A stretch of 64,000 bases of DNA, from IMG/VR virus record IMGVR_UViG_3300027754_000055, positions 1 to 64,000 of that record. The stretch is one strand, 5' to 3'. Shown here piece by piece: positions 45,184 to 54,553 of this stretch. Under the pieces are notes generated by a model, which was given only the letters and a program-made list of their open reading frames with translations, was not told where the DNA came from and ran no database searches. Made by a program: the position numbers and the translations under genes. Each line of letters starts with the position of its first letter. Positions within the stretch are counted from its first letter, which is position 1. Source of the DNA: a virus.

Positions 45184-45657
45184 TTAATCAATAACCGGAA
45201 AAACTTTGCTTGAATCCCAAATAACCACTTCTCTTAACACGCCATTAAAATATTGAAAAATAGCATCATAGCCTTGCTTCGCAGCAGCACTACTTATTTC
45301 TTTACCAACATATCCTTTTAGTTCTTCTATTTTTTCTACTTTGTTTTGCGCTTTTTCTTCTGGCATTCCTAATTGCACTAATGCCATAACACACGGATGC
45401 TCGTATCTATTTTTACCCATATGGATTTCTAAAGGGTTTTTAATATCCAAGTAAGCTTCTGTAATTTTACCGCCAGATTGGGTAGCGTATTGCTCTGCAA
45501 CTTCTCTGATTGGAGTAAAGTAAGCACCAGATCCTAAAGCTCCCCTTCCAGTTGTTTTAATTGGCGTTTTACCATCCCAGTTTCCACCGTGATATACAGG
45601 ACCAAATTTACTGGTTTTGTCATTGATATTTTCAAAAAGAATAGATAATAATTTCAT
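45184..45657 (-). CDS. Tagged ADP-ribosyltransferase-like protein
   Basis: MKLLSILFEN tag; VYHGG...LGSGAYFT...AEQYA...YLDIKNPL...GYDAI...EVVIWD. Confidence 0.75.
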   Translation of the reverse strand: MKLLSILFENINDKTSKFGPVYHGGNWDGKTPIKTTGRGALGSGAYFTPIREVAEQYATQSGGKITEAYLDIKNPLEIHMGKNRYEHPCVMALVQLGMPEEKAQNKVEKIEELKGYVGKEISSAAAKQGYDAIFQYFNGVLREVVIWDSSKVFPVID

Positions 45658-45749
45658 GATAGCTATAACTAGGTTATTTTTATGATTTACAAATTTTCAA
45701 CATTGTGATATAGTGTTCTATATCTTCTGATGTCAGTAAAAAGGAAATT

Positions 45750-45959
45750 ATGTTCAAAGTAGTAGAAACAAATAATGGAAAAATTAAAATTCTTCTAGAA
45801 AAAGAAGGGAGCTATTCTGAGATTGCAGAACTGCAAAACAGTGAGCATGGGCTATCTGCCGCAGAAGCTTTAATTTTTGATTTACGGAGATGGATTAATA
45901 AAAACGACATAGAGATAGATAAGGGAATGATTTATCATTCCTTGGAACAAGGATGGTAA
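45750..45959 (+). CDS. Hypothetical early protein
   Basis: TTTACA-N17-TATAGT (45686-45714) and AAGGA RBS. Confidence 0.65.
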   Translation: MFKVVETNNGKIKILLEKEGSYSEIAELQNSEHGLSAAEALIFDLRRWINKNDIEIDKGMIYHSLEQGW

Positions 45960-45961
45960 AA

Positions 45962-46507
45962 TCAAACCATTTTTGAAACTGGTGTTTTGCTCCAAAAACG
46001 GCAAGACCAATATTTTGGCGTTGTGCGATCTTTAGCTTGGCTACATTTATGTCTTGCACGGAATGATTTACGACGTTTTGGATCTTGACGCTTGATACGC
46101 ATGTTTGGATCACCAAAATTTACTTTTTTGATGTTTCCTGTTTTGGGATCTTTAACAAACACTTTGTATTTTTTTACATCGCCCTTGGAAGGTTTTCCAA
46201 CGGACACTTCTTTACCTTTATATTTTGCTTCTTGTAAAATACTAACATGCTCATTCATGTAAGCTACAAGACATCCCTCACAAACAGCTTCCCCTGTTTC
46301 ATCAAGGCTGGCTCCAAGCTCTAGAATTTCTGTTTCTTCATTTTCAGGCTCATCTGATCCAAATATTAAATTTTTACCATGAAATTTTTTCTTTGGTTCA
46401 CCGTGAATACTTTTTTCATGCTCATGATCATGTTTTTCACTTGAATATTCTAATTCATGAATGGATTCAAGAATTGCTAGAATCAAATTTTCTTTTGAGT
46501 TTTTCAT
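45962..46507 (-). CDS. Tagged protein with basic C-terminal domain
   Basis: Acidic N-half; after LQE comes AKYKGKEV...KKVNFGDPNM...RRKSFRARHKC...YWSC, a basic domain I recall from other large phages. Confidence 0.75.
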   Translation of the reverse strand: MKNSKENLILAILESIHELEYSSEKHDHEHEKSIHGEPKKKFHGKNLIFGSDEPENEETEILELGASLDETGEAVCEGCLVAYMNEHVSILQEAKYKGKEVSVGKPSKGDVKKYKVFVKDPKTGNIKKVNFGDPNMRIKRQDPKRRKSFRARHKCSQAKDRTTPKYWSCRFWSKTPVSKMV

Positions 46508-46606
46508 ATTTTACCTACTGTTGATTATCAATAAGTACTGAATCGTGTTTTATTTTCATGAGCCAAATTTACGTTTCAATTCATGAATAGCTGATAACCG
46601 ATTAGA

Positions 46607-46957
46607 TTATTTTGAAGATTTTTTTGTTTGTTTTACCGCAACAGAAGGTGCTTCAACTGAGTCAACAACAGGATCAGCCACAGGAGCTTCTAGAACGGGC
46701 TGTGCGGGCTCTGAAATTGTTTCCACAGGGACAATTACATCTGGTGTTTTTGTATCCTCTACAGCAGCCACAGAAGTGCTTTGGGCTAATACCTGTGGAG
46801 CAGCAAGTTTAAGTTCTAATTCAGATACTCTATCAGTTAATGCCTTTATTACTGATAAAAGGTCAACACCTTGTACAGTCATTGGCACCGTGACATCAAG
46901 CGACGGACTACCGTATGGGTAAGTTGCACAGCCATTATGATCTATTAATGTTTTCAT
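46607..46957 (-). CDS. Hypothetical protein with Pro/Ala/Val-rich tail
   Basis: 116 aa; AAGGA RBS. Confidence 0.65.
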   Translation of the reverse strand: MKTLIDHNGCATYPYGSPSLDVTVPMTVQGVDLLSVIKALTDRVSELELKLAAPQVLAQSTSVAAVEDTKTPDVIVPVETISEPAQPVLEAPVADPVVDSVEAPSVAVKQTKKSSK

Positions 46958-47004
46958 TTTATATTTTCCTTTTCTTTATTTAGCAATTTGTATGATATTA
47001 TATA

Positions 47005-48096
47005 TTATGTTGAAGAAATTGTAAATCTTTTTATACCTAGCCCACACTCATAATCTTCTAAAATTTGTCCTGCCGTTAATACTTGATTACAAACTTGAAC
47101 ATCTCTGATAAAACCATTAAATCCTTGAGGAAGGGCTACACCTGTACCTGGAATATTTGCGCCAATGCCCCATGAATTATGGTCCTGATAATTAATGGGA
47201 AAAGCGGCAGCTGCCGAACTAACCAATCTACCGTCGAGATATAATTTTAACCCAGTAGATACACTATGTGTACACGCAACCCTAAACCATTTTCCCACTG
47301 GCACTGCTAGATAGGCAGGCGTTTCAGTGTTTTTAATACTTAAACTGGTATCAAAAATATAGGCACTAAGTGTATTAGATGTCGTTACACGTATAGCAAT
47401 TGCCGCATTGTTAGGTGATGACCCACCCCAAGTGCTTGCTTGTCTTTTTAAGACGATATATGAGTCATAACTTGAACTGCCATAACGACACGCCCAAACT
47501 AAAATAGTAATATCGGCAGGTTCTAGGGTAGATGCACCAATGATAGTAGAGTTTACTGATGTGCTATCATTAAAAACCATACATGTTTTCCATGGAGAAG
47601 ACTGATTTTGAGTGGTTAATGAACCAGCGAAAGATAAATTATATGTACCTAAAGAATCAATGATGGTTGAAGAGTTAGAATCTTCCAGTTTCCATCGTGC
47701 GACACAGTAAGGTGCCAATGGTGCATGATCATATCCAACTAGCTCCCAAGTTCCACTTATAAAACACTGATAGTAATCGCCAATCTTTTCACCCGATGTA
47801 ACAACATATGTATCGCCCACCGAAGGAGAAATGGGTAGGCTGGCAAGCGTTCCACTGCCATGCAATCCTCCTCCCCCTCCCGATGGGCCACTGGCTGTTG
47901 CAATCGGTCGAGTTTCCAACACAGCAACTCTTTGCGAGAGGTTTTCTGAAGTGGAATCTAGACTATCAAGTTTATTTTTTACGTTTGTTGATTGAACAAT
48001 CAACGGAGCATTAATGATGAAATCCTTTATTTTCGGAGGTTCACCGCTAGGATTTATAATTACATCGACTGGCTGTGGGATTGGATTTATTGGCAT
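47005..48096 (-). CDS. LamG/concanavalin-A-like domain virion protein
   Basis: VARWKLED...IIDSLG, ITILVW, GKWFRVACT, LKLYLDG, FNGFIRDVQVCNQVLT. Confidence 0.8.
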   Translation of the reverse strand: MPINPIPQPVDVIINPSGEPPKIKDFIINAPLIVQSTNVKNKLDSLDSTSENLSQRVAVLETRPIATASGPSGGGGGLHGSGTLASLPISPSVGDTYVVTSGEKIGDYYQCFISGTWELVGYDHAPLAPYCVARWKLEDSNSSTIIDSLGTYNLSFAGSLTTQNQSSPWKTCMVFNDSTSVNSTIIGASTLEPADITILVWACRYGSSSYDSYIVLKRQASTWGGSSPNNAAIAIRVTTSNTLSAYIFDTSLSIKNTETPAYLAVPVGKWFRVACTHSVSTGLKLYLDGRLVSSAAAAFPINYQDHNSWGIGANIPGTGVALPQGFNGFIRDVQVCNQVLTAGQILEDYECGLGIKRFTISST

Positions 48097-48132
48097 GCTA
48101 CTATTTTAGTAGCAATATATTGAAAAGTACAA

Positions 48133-48448
48133 TCAGAGTTGAATGCCTTTTAGTGCTAGCTGCTGACGAATCAGTTCCATCTTTTCTGCTTGATTGAGGT
48201 TTTCATACTTTGCACGCAAACCTGGGACGTTATCAATCTGACGCATTAGATTGCTGATAGCATTTGCGACAACATCGCTATGTGATTGCATTGGTGCTGG
48301 TGCTGCCGATTGCTGTTGGCGTTCTGACATATATCCAAGAATCTTTTCAGCAAGTGTAAGACCAATGGCAACCTTTGCTGTCGTTGTCATTTGGTAGCTT
48401 TCCTTAACAAGACCGAAAATTGAAGGCATTGGTGTAATTCTTAGCATA
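48133..48448 (-). CDS. Hypothetical late protein (start uncertain)
   Basis: ORF 48133-48483; TACTTA at 48477-48472 suggests a downstream start. Confidence 0.55.
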
Positions 48449-48529
48449 TTGTTTGATAACCTTTCTGATACTAAGTATGCCACAGGATCTGGTTCAAGTC
48501 AACGAAGAAAAAAATGAGCTTTTACTTTT

Positions 48530-48853
48530 TCAAAGGGGCCAAGGGAATTTAAATGAATCTTGAAACCTTCTTGCATCAATGTTTTTCATGTCCATTGCAC
48601 GAATCACCGAATCAACAGTAGAAGCTGGATTTTTGATTTCATCTTGGAATTTTTTTGTGCTTTGAACAACTTTCATCAATATATCAATTTTATCTTTATC
48701 GCCGCTAACATCAAAAGGAGACTTTCTTCCTGTGGCCATGCTGCTTAATAAACTGGCAAAAAATAATTTTCCAAGAGTTGTCATTTTATAACTTTTACCG
48801 AAAAGGGAATTCAAATCTGGTGTCGCTGGCATATCTAATTGTTCATTGATCAT
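48530..48853 (-). CDS. Hypothetical late protein divergent from tape measure
   Basis: 107 aa ending FPWPL; TAATTA and GAGG upstream. Confidence 0.7.
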   Translation of the reverse strand: MINEQLDMPATPDLNSLFGKSYKMTTLGKLFFASLLSSMATGRKSPFDVSGDKDKIDILMKVVQSTKKFQDEIKNPASTVDSVIRAMDMKNIDARRFQDSFKFPWPL

Positions 48854-48935
48854 TTTTTAATGGCCTCATTTCAATAATTATTCTCATAAAATGATATCGT
48901 TGATAATTAAGTATAAGAATTAGGAGTATCAGATA

Positions 48936-51900
48936 ATGGCAGACCCCATAGGACCGACAGCAGACAATCTCAAGATTGCTCAGCAGCTTTTATCGGCAAT
49001 GTCACAAATCTCCGTTCAGCTTGAAAATCAAACCAAAGCTTATCGAGCGCAAGCAGATTTGGTTGAATCCTTATGCAAAGCACAAGAATGTTTTGGTAAA
49101 GTTGACAGCAATAAAATAAAAGCTGTATCTGATGGCCTAAAAACAGCTCAAGAAAATACAAAATCTTTTAGTGATGAACTTGTAAACACTGAGGCTGAAG
49201 CCGAAAAACTAAGAAGCAAAACCGCAGAGCTAGCTGCTGAAGCTAGAAAAGTATTAATCGCAGATGAATTCAAAGCTGGCTTACAATCTGGCCTAAATTT
49301 AACAAAAGCACTATTTGGAAGTTTGATGCGTATTGGCAGCACAGGACTTAGTGGTATTATGGGTATTGGAAAAGCATTGCTTTCCATCCCAGGAAACATA
49401 TTGAACTTTTTCCAAAGTAATGCCGGTGGAGGAACAGATCCGTGGCGTGAAGCCCTCGAAGAATTGCGTGATAAATTTGGTAGCTTGCAGGTAGGAACAA
49501 GTAAAGCTGTTCTGGGCATGATGAATAATGTGAATCAATTTAATGATTCTGGCCTACGGCTTGGACGTGTATTTGGATATGGTCGTGCTGGTGCGGCAGC
49601 AGCCATGAAAGAGTTCATGAAAGTCGCTGAAGAAATGGGGCCTATGGCCATGCGATTTATGGATGCGACGAAGGGTGTTTCTGGGCAGTTATTAGTTTTA
49701 ACTAAATCAACAGGGCTCACAGGAGATGCTCTCAGGTCATTACAAATCTCAGCGGATAATGGCGGTGAAAGTGTTGCGACTGCTGTACAGAAAATGAGTG
49801 TGGAGCTTGTTAGAGCACAAAGAACTTTTGGTATTTCTGTAAAAGAAATGGGTAGAGACCTGGAAGTCATGATGAAAGATGTCGGCACCTTTGGTGTCAT
49901 GTCCAGAGATACCATGATTAAAACCAGCGTTTATGCTCGTAAGCTTGGTTTATCCATGGAAGCCTTGAAAAAGGTAATGGATAAAACATTAAATTTCGAG
50001 GATACGGCAAACATGGCCGGTGGATTGGCTGAAGCATTCAATATGAATATTGATGCCATGAAAATGATGAAGGCACAAACACCAGCAGAAAAGCTTGATC
50101 AATTAAGGGAAGCCTTCTTCCGAACCGGTAAAAACATTGATCAAATGAGCATTGCTGAGCGTAAGCATCTATCAAATCTTACTGGTTTATCCGAAGAAGA
50201 AACACGCATTGCATTTGCTCAAAAAAACAGGGCACTGACAGGTGCCGCAGTAGATGCACAGATGAAGAAGTCCCAAAAAACGCAGATAACGCAAGAACAG
50301 GCCATGCACGAGTTGGCGGATTCTATTAAAAGATTGACGCAGTCTGGCAGCGGAATGAAGGGTGGATTCTTTGATACTTTTTTCAAGGGATTTGAAGCAG
50401 GTATGTTAAGGACAAGAGAATTTAGGAAAGTCTCCAGAGAAATCCAGCGTGATATGCGTATTGTTTATCGAGCCGGGGTTGATGTAGGAAGAATGTTTGT
50501 TCATTATTTTCCAGGAATAAAACAAGTGCTTGATGCTCTTGGTGATATGTTTGCTCCTGCAAAATTCAGAAGAATGATGAATTCTGTCAAAAATATATTT
50601 GCAATATTCTTTATAGATTTACAACGAGATCCAAAAGCTGGTGTTCAAAATTTCATGAAAAACATGAAGAAAGCCTTCTTTAGTTTTTTTGATTCAAATA
50701 GCGGAGCAGGTAGAAGCTTTCTTGATGGAATGAAAAAATTCTGGAAAGCTTTTGGCGCTATTGCAGTTGAAGGATTGAGGTTTGGGATTGAATCCATTAG
50801 GGATGCTGCTAAAGGCATCACCGGTTTCCTTAAAAACCCAAGATCTTTCATGGAAGGAGCTTCCAAGGCTGGCAGTGGTATATCTGGAGCTATTGCACAG
50901 GCAATTAGTTATGCATACAAAGAACTATGGCCCGTGATGAAAGAAGCTGGTATCGCCGTTGGTGAAATGTTGATGACGGTGCTCACTGATTATGTTGGAC
51001 CATTTTTAAGACGACATGCGGTAGCTATTGGCGCAACATTATTTGGAATGATATTTGGACCAGCATTTATTAGGGCAGGAATTGCTGCCTTACTTGGCGG
51101 CGGTGGGGGTGGTATATTTAGTGCTATTGCCGGTGCCGTTGGAAGAGTATTTAATTTTACAGGAGGTGCAGATGCGGCAGATAAAAAGGCGGATGAACAA
51201 AGAACTGTAGCTCAAAGCTTTCAGAATACATTGAAAAATACTGCTAGGTCTGCATCTGGTATTTTATTAGGAATCACTGCTTTGGCTGGCATTATGTATA
51301 TTCTTATGCCCGCATTCACTGCCCTTCTTTCATTTATAAATAGCAATAATATTACAGCAGCGAACATTGGCGTTGCTTTGTTGGCTGTAGCTGGAATGAC
51401 TGCGCTTATCGTCGGAATTGAAAAAGTAAAATTTTTAGATTCATTAACAAAACTAGGGGATGCCGCTAAAGCAGGGGGCGGTAATTTATTATTAGGTGCG
51501 CTTGCCGCACTTGCCGCACTTGTTTTAGTGGGCGGGGCTGCCATTGTAGTGATAGAAACATTTTCTGTTTACAATGAATCTCAAGTAAAAACTGCAATGA
51601 TTGCCATGTATGCAATGACTGGTTTATTTTTTGTCATGGTTCCATTGATTGGTGCTCTCGCTATTATTGGAGCATTATTGCCAGTTGTAGGTGTGGCTGC
51701 TATTGGTATGCTGGCAATAGCACCGTTAATGACTAAAATAGGAGAAAAAACAATTGAAATCGTAAGATTATTCAACGGTATTCCAACCGAACAAGTATCA
51801 ACTGCTACAAATGCCATAAAAAATATAATAAATGTTTATTCTGTCATTGCAAATTCAATGGTTTCAATGGGCCTTTTAGCTATAATAAGACCTTCTACAA

Positions 51901-54341
51901 TTCTCAGTATTGTTGATAAAATTACTACTCTAGTGCGACAAATCAGTGTATCAGTCGTGGATATGATTCGCTCCATAGATTTAAGTGGTGATGTAAACTT
52001 GTTAAAAGCCAAAGCAGAAGTGTTTTCTGCCGCCTTATTAGGAATCGCAGCAATTGTTACTCCAATAACAAATTTTGGCAAAGCATTAGCCGAAAATGAT
52101 TCAATATTTGATTCTGGGGAAATGGAAAGAATCGTTGTAGAGCTAAGTCATATGATGACTGCAATGTTTTCTGGTATTCAGAATATAGTTAGGGAAATTG
52201 GCGCTCTCAATCTTGGCACAGATCCAGGACTAATGAAATCAAAAGCAGAAGTCTTTTCTGTTGTACTAAATGGAATCGCTGCAATCATTACGCCAATATC
52301 AACATTTGGATCAACTATTGGTACTGCGGCTGGTGGTTTCTTTTCAAACAGCGCCGATGTAACAAGAACTATTACGGAGCTTGGAATATCAATGCCAATT
52401 ATTTTAAGATCAATTGGCACTCTAGCAACAACATTACTAACACAATTAAATGCAATAACGGCTTCAGTAGATCCCGTAAAACTAAAATCCGTAGCAGAAG
52501 TTTTAATGTATACATTAAAATCGGTTATGGATGTGGTTATTACACTGATGAGTGTGTTTAGTGGAGGAAGGATGGCCACAGGAGCAGGAATAGGCGGCGC
52601 AATTGGATCATTTGCGGGACCAGTTGGGGCCGTTGTCGGAACTGTAATTGGTCAAACGATAGCAGCAAGGGCTGATCAACAGGAGTTCCAAAGAAAAATA
52701 AGCGGTATAACAGCAATATTCTCAATGCTGAAAAATAATCTAAAAGACGTTATTGAAGCAGTGACTGTTCCGATGGGAGTGCTTTTAAGTTCGCCCAATA
52801 TTACAGCGGATTCATTAAAAGCAGTTGCGGCCCTTGGAGATATCATGAAAGGTATCGGAAATATTTTAGTCGGAATTGGTGGGGCTGCGGCAGCATTACC
52901 ACGAAATCCAACATCGCCAAGAGACTTAGGGCGAATAACATTGCTGCTAGATGTAATAACTCCATTTATTAAAGGTTTAACAGATAGAGTCATAGAAGTA
53001 ATACAGTCATTTACCGTATTTAATGCTGCACAAATAGACTCGCTCAATTCAGTTACCCCAATACTTTCTGTGTTCTTCGGCTTTATATCTAGCTTTACTG
53101 GTATAATTTACAATGCGATGGAAATGATGAAAGGAAAAAGCCCTGATGAAATGAATAGAATTGCAGGAACGATAGTTCATTTTATCAATACACTTAGTAA
53201 TCAGACACAAAATATGATGCGAGGAATACCCGCTCTCGTACTAGCCATATCATCAATAGATCTGTCCGGTATTGACCCAAACGCCTTGGCGGGAAAAATC
53301 ACGTCAGTTAAGGCTGTGCTAGATCTCGTTGGTAGTATTAGCGCAGCAACAAAAGGCATTCAAGACGTAGCGCAAGCCAAACTCGGCGCTGCGGATATGG
53401 CAGCTAAAATTGTGCAGCCAATTGTTGATTTATTACTTACGATGTTTACTGATATAAATGCAGATGGCGTTATTGGTTTGGGCAATTCCTTGCGGTTTGC
53501 GTTAAACGCCTTATCAGAATTTACATTCCCCCGTGGTTTAACGGCCAAAATTGCTTCAATGAAATCATTATTTGAATTAATAAAAACCATTTCAGATGCC
53601 GCCGCTTCTTTAAATACTCTGGGTGGTGCAGGGGCGCAAACACCAATGCGGGCAGATGTAATGAACATTCCTCTCAGCAATCTTGCTATTATGATAAATA
53701 GCCTTAAGAGTAAATATATATTTTTCGGCGGCACAAAACATTATAATCCCTTGAGTAGCCCAGGAGAATATTTTGGACCATTGGCTGCTATGCTACCAGG
53801 AATTACCGGTAAAGGAGCACTCTTAACGAATATTAAAAACATTGTTACTGAGATGCTTAGTTCTGCAAAATCAATTGCCGAACAGCCCATTGTGCCACCC
53901 AGCCCAAATCTTGGAACAAGTTTAGCAAACATGACCAGTGTGCTTGGAACAATAGATTCTTATTTTGGGCCAGCAGTTCAAGAAGGATCGATCAACAATT
54001 TGCTTGACAATATTCACAGAAATACCAAGGGCAGAGTAAGTCATGATCTTAGCGTAGTCGTGGAACGATACAATTCATTATCCAGAGATTTAGCTCGTAT
54101 GAATGCGATAGACATAGATGCTTCGTTGACAAGACTAAATGATGGCTTGGGTCGGAATCGTGTGGTCCAAATTGAAAATGCTGCGGCAAATATTACAATT
54201 AACCTAGATGTTAAATTGAGAACCGAAGACATAGAAACTGCTCTATTTACCCGAAGCAACAAAGGTGCAGCACCAGGACCGGGCGGCAGCATAGCTAGAG
54301 CTAATTTCGTTCCACAAAGCCATGATACAGCAGGACACTGA
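48936..54341 (+). CDS. Tape measure protein
   Basis: 1801 aa, Ala/Gly-rich and helical, hydrophobic central segments, glycine zipper, upstream of baseplate genes. Confidence 0.85.
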   Translation: MADPIGPTADNLKIAQQLLSAMSQISVQLENQTKAYRAQADLVESLCKAQECFGKVDSNKIKAVSDGLKTAQENTKSFSDELVNTEAEAEKLRSKTAELAAEARKVLIADEFKAGLQSGLNLTKALFGSLMRIGSTGLSGIMGIGKALLSIPGNILNFFQSNAGGGTDPWREALEELRDKFGSLQVGTSKAVLGMMNNVNQFNDSGLRLGRVFGYGRAGAAAAMKEFMKVAEEMGPMAMRFMDATKGVSGQLLVLTKSTGLTGDALRSLQISADNGGESVATAVQKMSVELVRAQRTFGISVKEMGRDLEVMMKDVGTFGVMSRDTMIKTSVYARKLGLSMEALKKVMDKTLNFEDTANMAGGLAEAFNMNIDAMKMMKAQTPAEKLDQLREAFFRTGKNIDQMSIAERKHLSNLTGLSEEETRIAFAQKNRALTGAAVDAQMKKSQKTQITQEQAMHELADSIKRLTQSGSGMKGGFFDTFFKGFEAGMLRTREFRKVSREIQRDMRIVYRAGVDVGRMFVHYFPGIKQVLDALGDMFAPAKFRRMMNSVKNIFAIFFIDLQRDPKAGVQNFMKNMKKAFFSFFDSNSGAGRSFLDGMKKFWKAFGAIAVEGLRFGIESIRDAAKGITGFLKNPRSFMEGASKAGSGISGAIAQAISYAYKELWPVMKEAGIAVGEMLMTVLTDYVGPFLRRHAVAIGATLFGMIFGPAFIRAGIAALLGGGGGGIFSAIAGAVGRVFNFTGGADAADKKADEQRTVAQSFQNTLKNTARSASGILLGITALAGIMYILMPAFTALLSFINSNNITAANIGVALLAVAGMTALIVGIEKVKFLDSLTKLGDAAKAGGGNLLLGALAALAALVLVGGAAIVVIETFSVYNESQVKTAMIAMYAMTGLFFVMVPLIGALAIIGALLPVVGVAAIGMLAIAPLMTKIGEKTIEIVRLFNGIPTEQVSTATNAIKNIINVYSVIANSMVSMGLLAIIRPSTILSIVDKITTLVRQISVSVVDMIRSIDLSGDVNLLKAKAEVFSAALLGIAAIVTPITNFGKALAENDSIFDSGEMERIVVELSHMMTAMFSGIQNIVREIGALNLGTDPGLMKSKAEVFSVVLNGIAAIITPISTFGSTIGTAAGGFFSNSADVTRTITELGISMPIILRSIGTLATTLLTQLNAITASVDPVKLKSVAEVLMYTLKSVMDVVITLMSVFSGGRMATGAGIGGAIGSFAGPVGAVVGTVIGQTIAARADQQEFQRKISGITAIFSMLKNNLKDVIEAVTVPMGVLLSSPNITADSLKAVAALGDIMKGIGNILVGIGGAAAALPRNPTSPRDLGRITLLLDVITPFIKGLTDRVIEVIQSFTVFNAAQIDSLNSVTPILSVFFGFISSFTGIIYNAMEMMKGKSPDEMNRIAGTIVHFINTLSNQTQNMMRGIPALVLAISSIDLSGIDPNALAGKITSVKAVLDLVGSISAATKGIQDVAQAKLGAADMAAKIVQPIVDLLLTMFTDINADGVIGLGNSLRFALNALSEFTFPRGLTAKIASMKSLFELIKTISDAAASLNTLGGAGAQTPMRADVMNIPLSNLAIMINSLKSKYIFFGGTKHYNPLSSPGEYFGPLAAMLPGITGKGALLTNIKNIVTEMLSSAKSIAEQPIVPPSPNLGTSLANMTSVLGTIDSYFGPAVQEGSINNLLDNIHRNTKGRVSHDLSVVVERYNSLSRDLARMNAIDIDASLTRLNDGLGRNRVVQIENAAANITINLDVKLRTEDIETALFTRSNKGAAPGPGGSIARANFVPQSHDTAGH

Positions 54342-54347
54342 TATAAT

Positions 54348-54533
54348 ATGAATAATTTAAAAGAAAAAGTAATGGAAAATAAGTTTTTGCTATCTCTACT
54401 AAATCAAATGAATCCATCAGAAAAGGAAAACACCCTATCTGTTATCAATGGATTGCTTGAAGAAATGCAAGGCAAATCAGAAGGTTTGACCAAAGCAATC
54501 CAAGAGGCTTCTAAAAAACAGCCACCTAAATAG
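54348..54533 (+). CDS. Small hypothetical protein
   Basis: 61-aa ORF filling the gap in the tail module. Confidence 0.55.
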   Translation: MNNLKEKVMENKFLLSLLNQMNPSEKENTLSVINGLLEEMQGKSEGLTKAIQEASKKQPPK

Positions 54534-54553
54534 TTATCGTAAGATAAACTATT

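Noticed and set aside
46547-46565. TTTATTTTCATGAGCC resembling the element left end
   Set aside because: Match is short, with no hairpin or right end; likely chance in AT-rich DNA.
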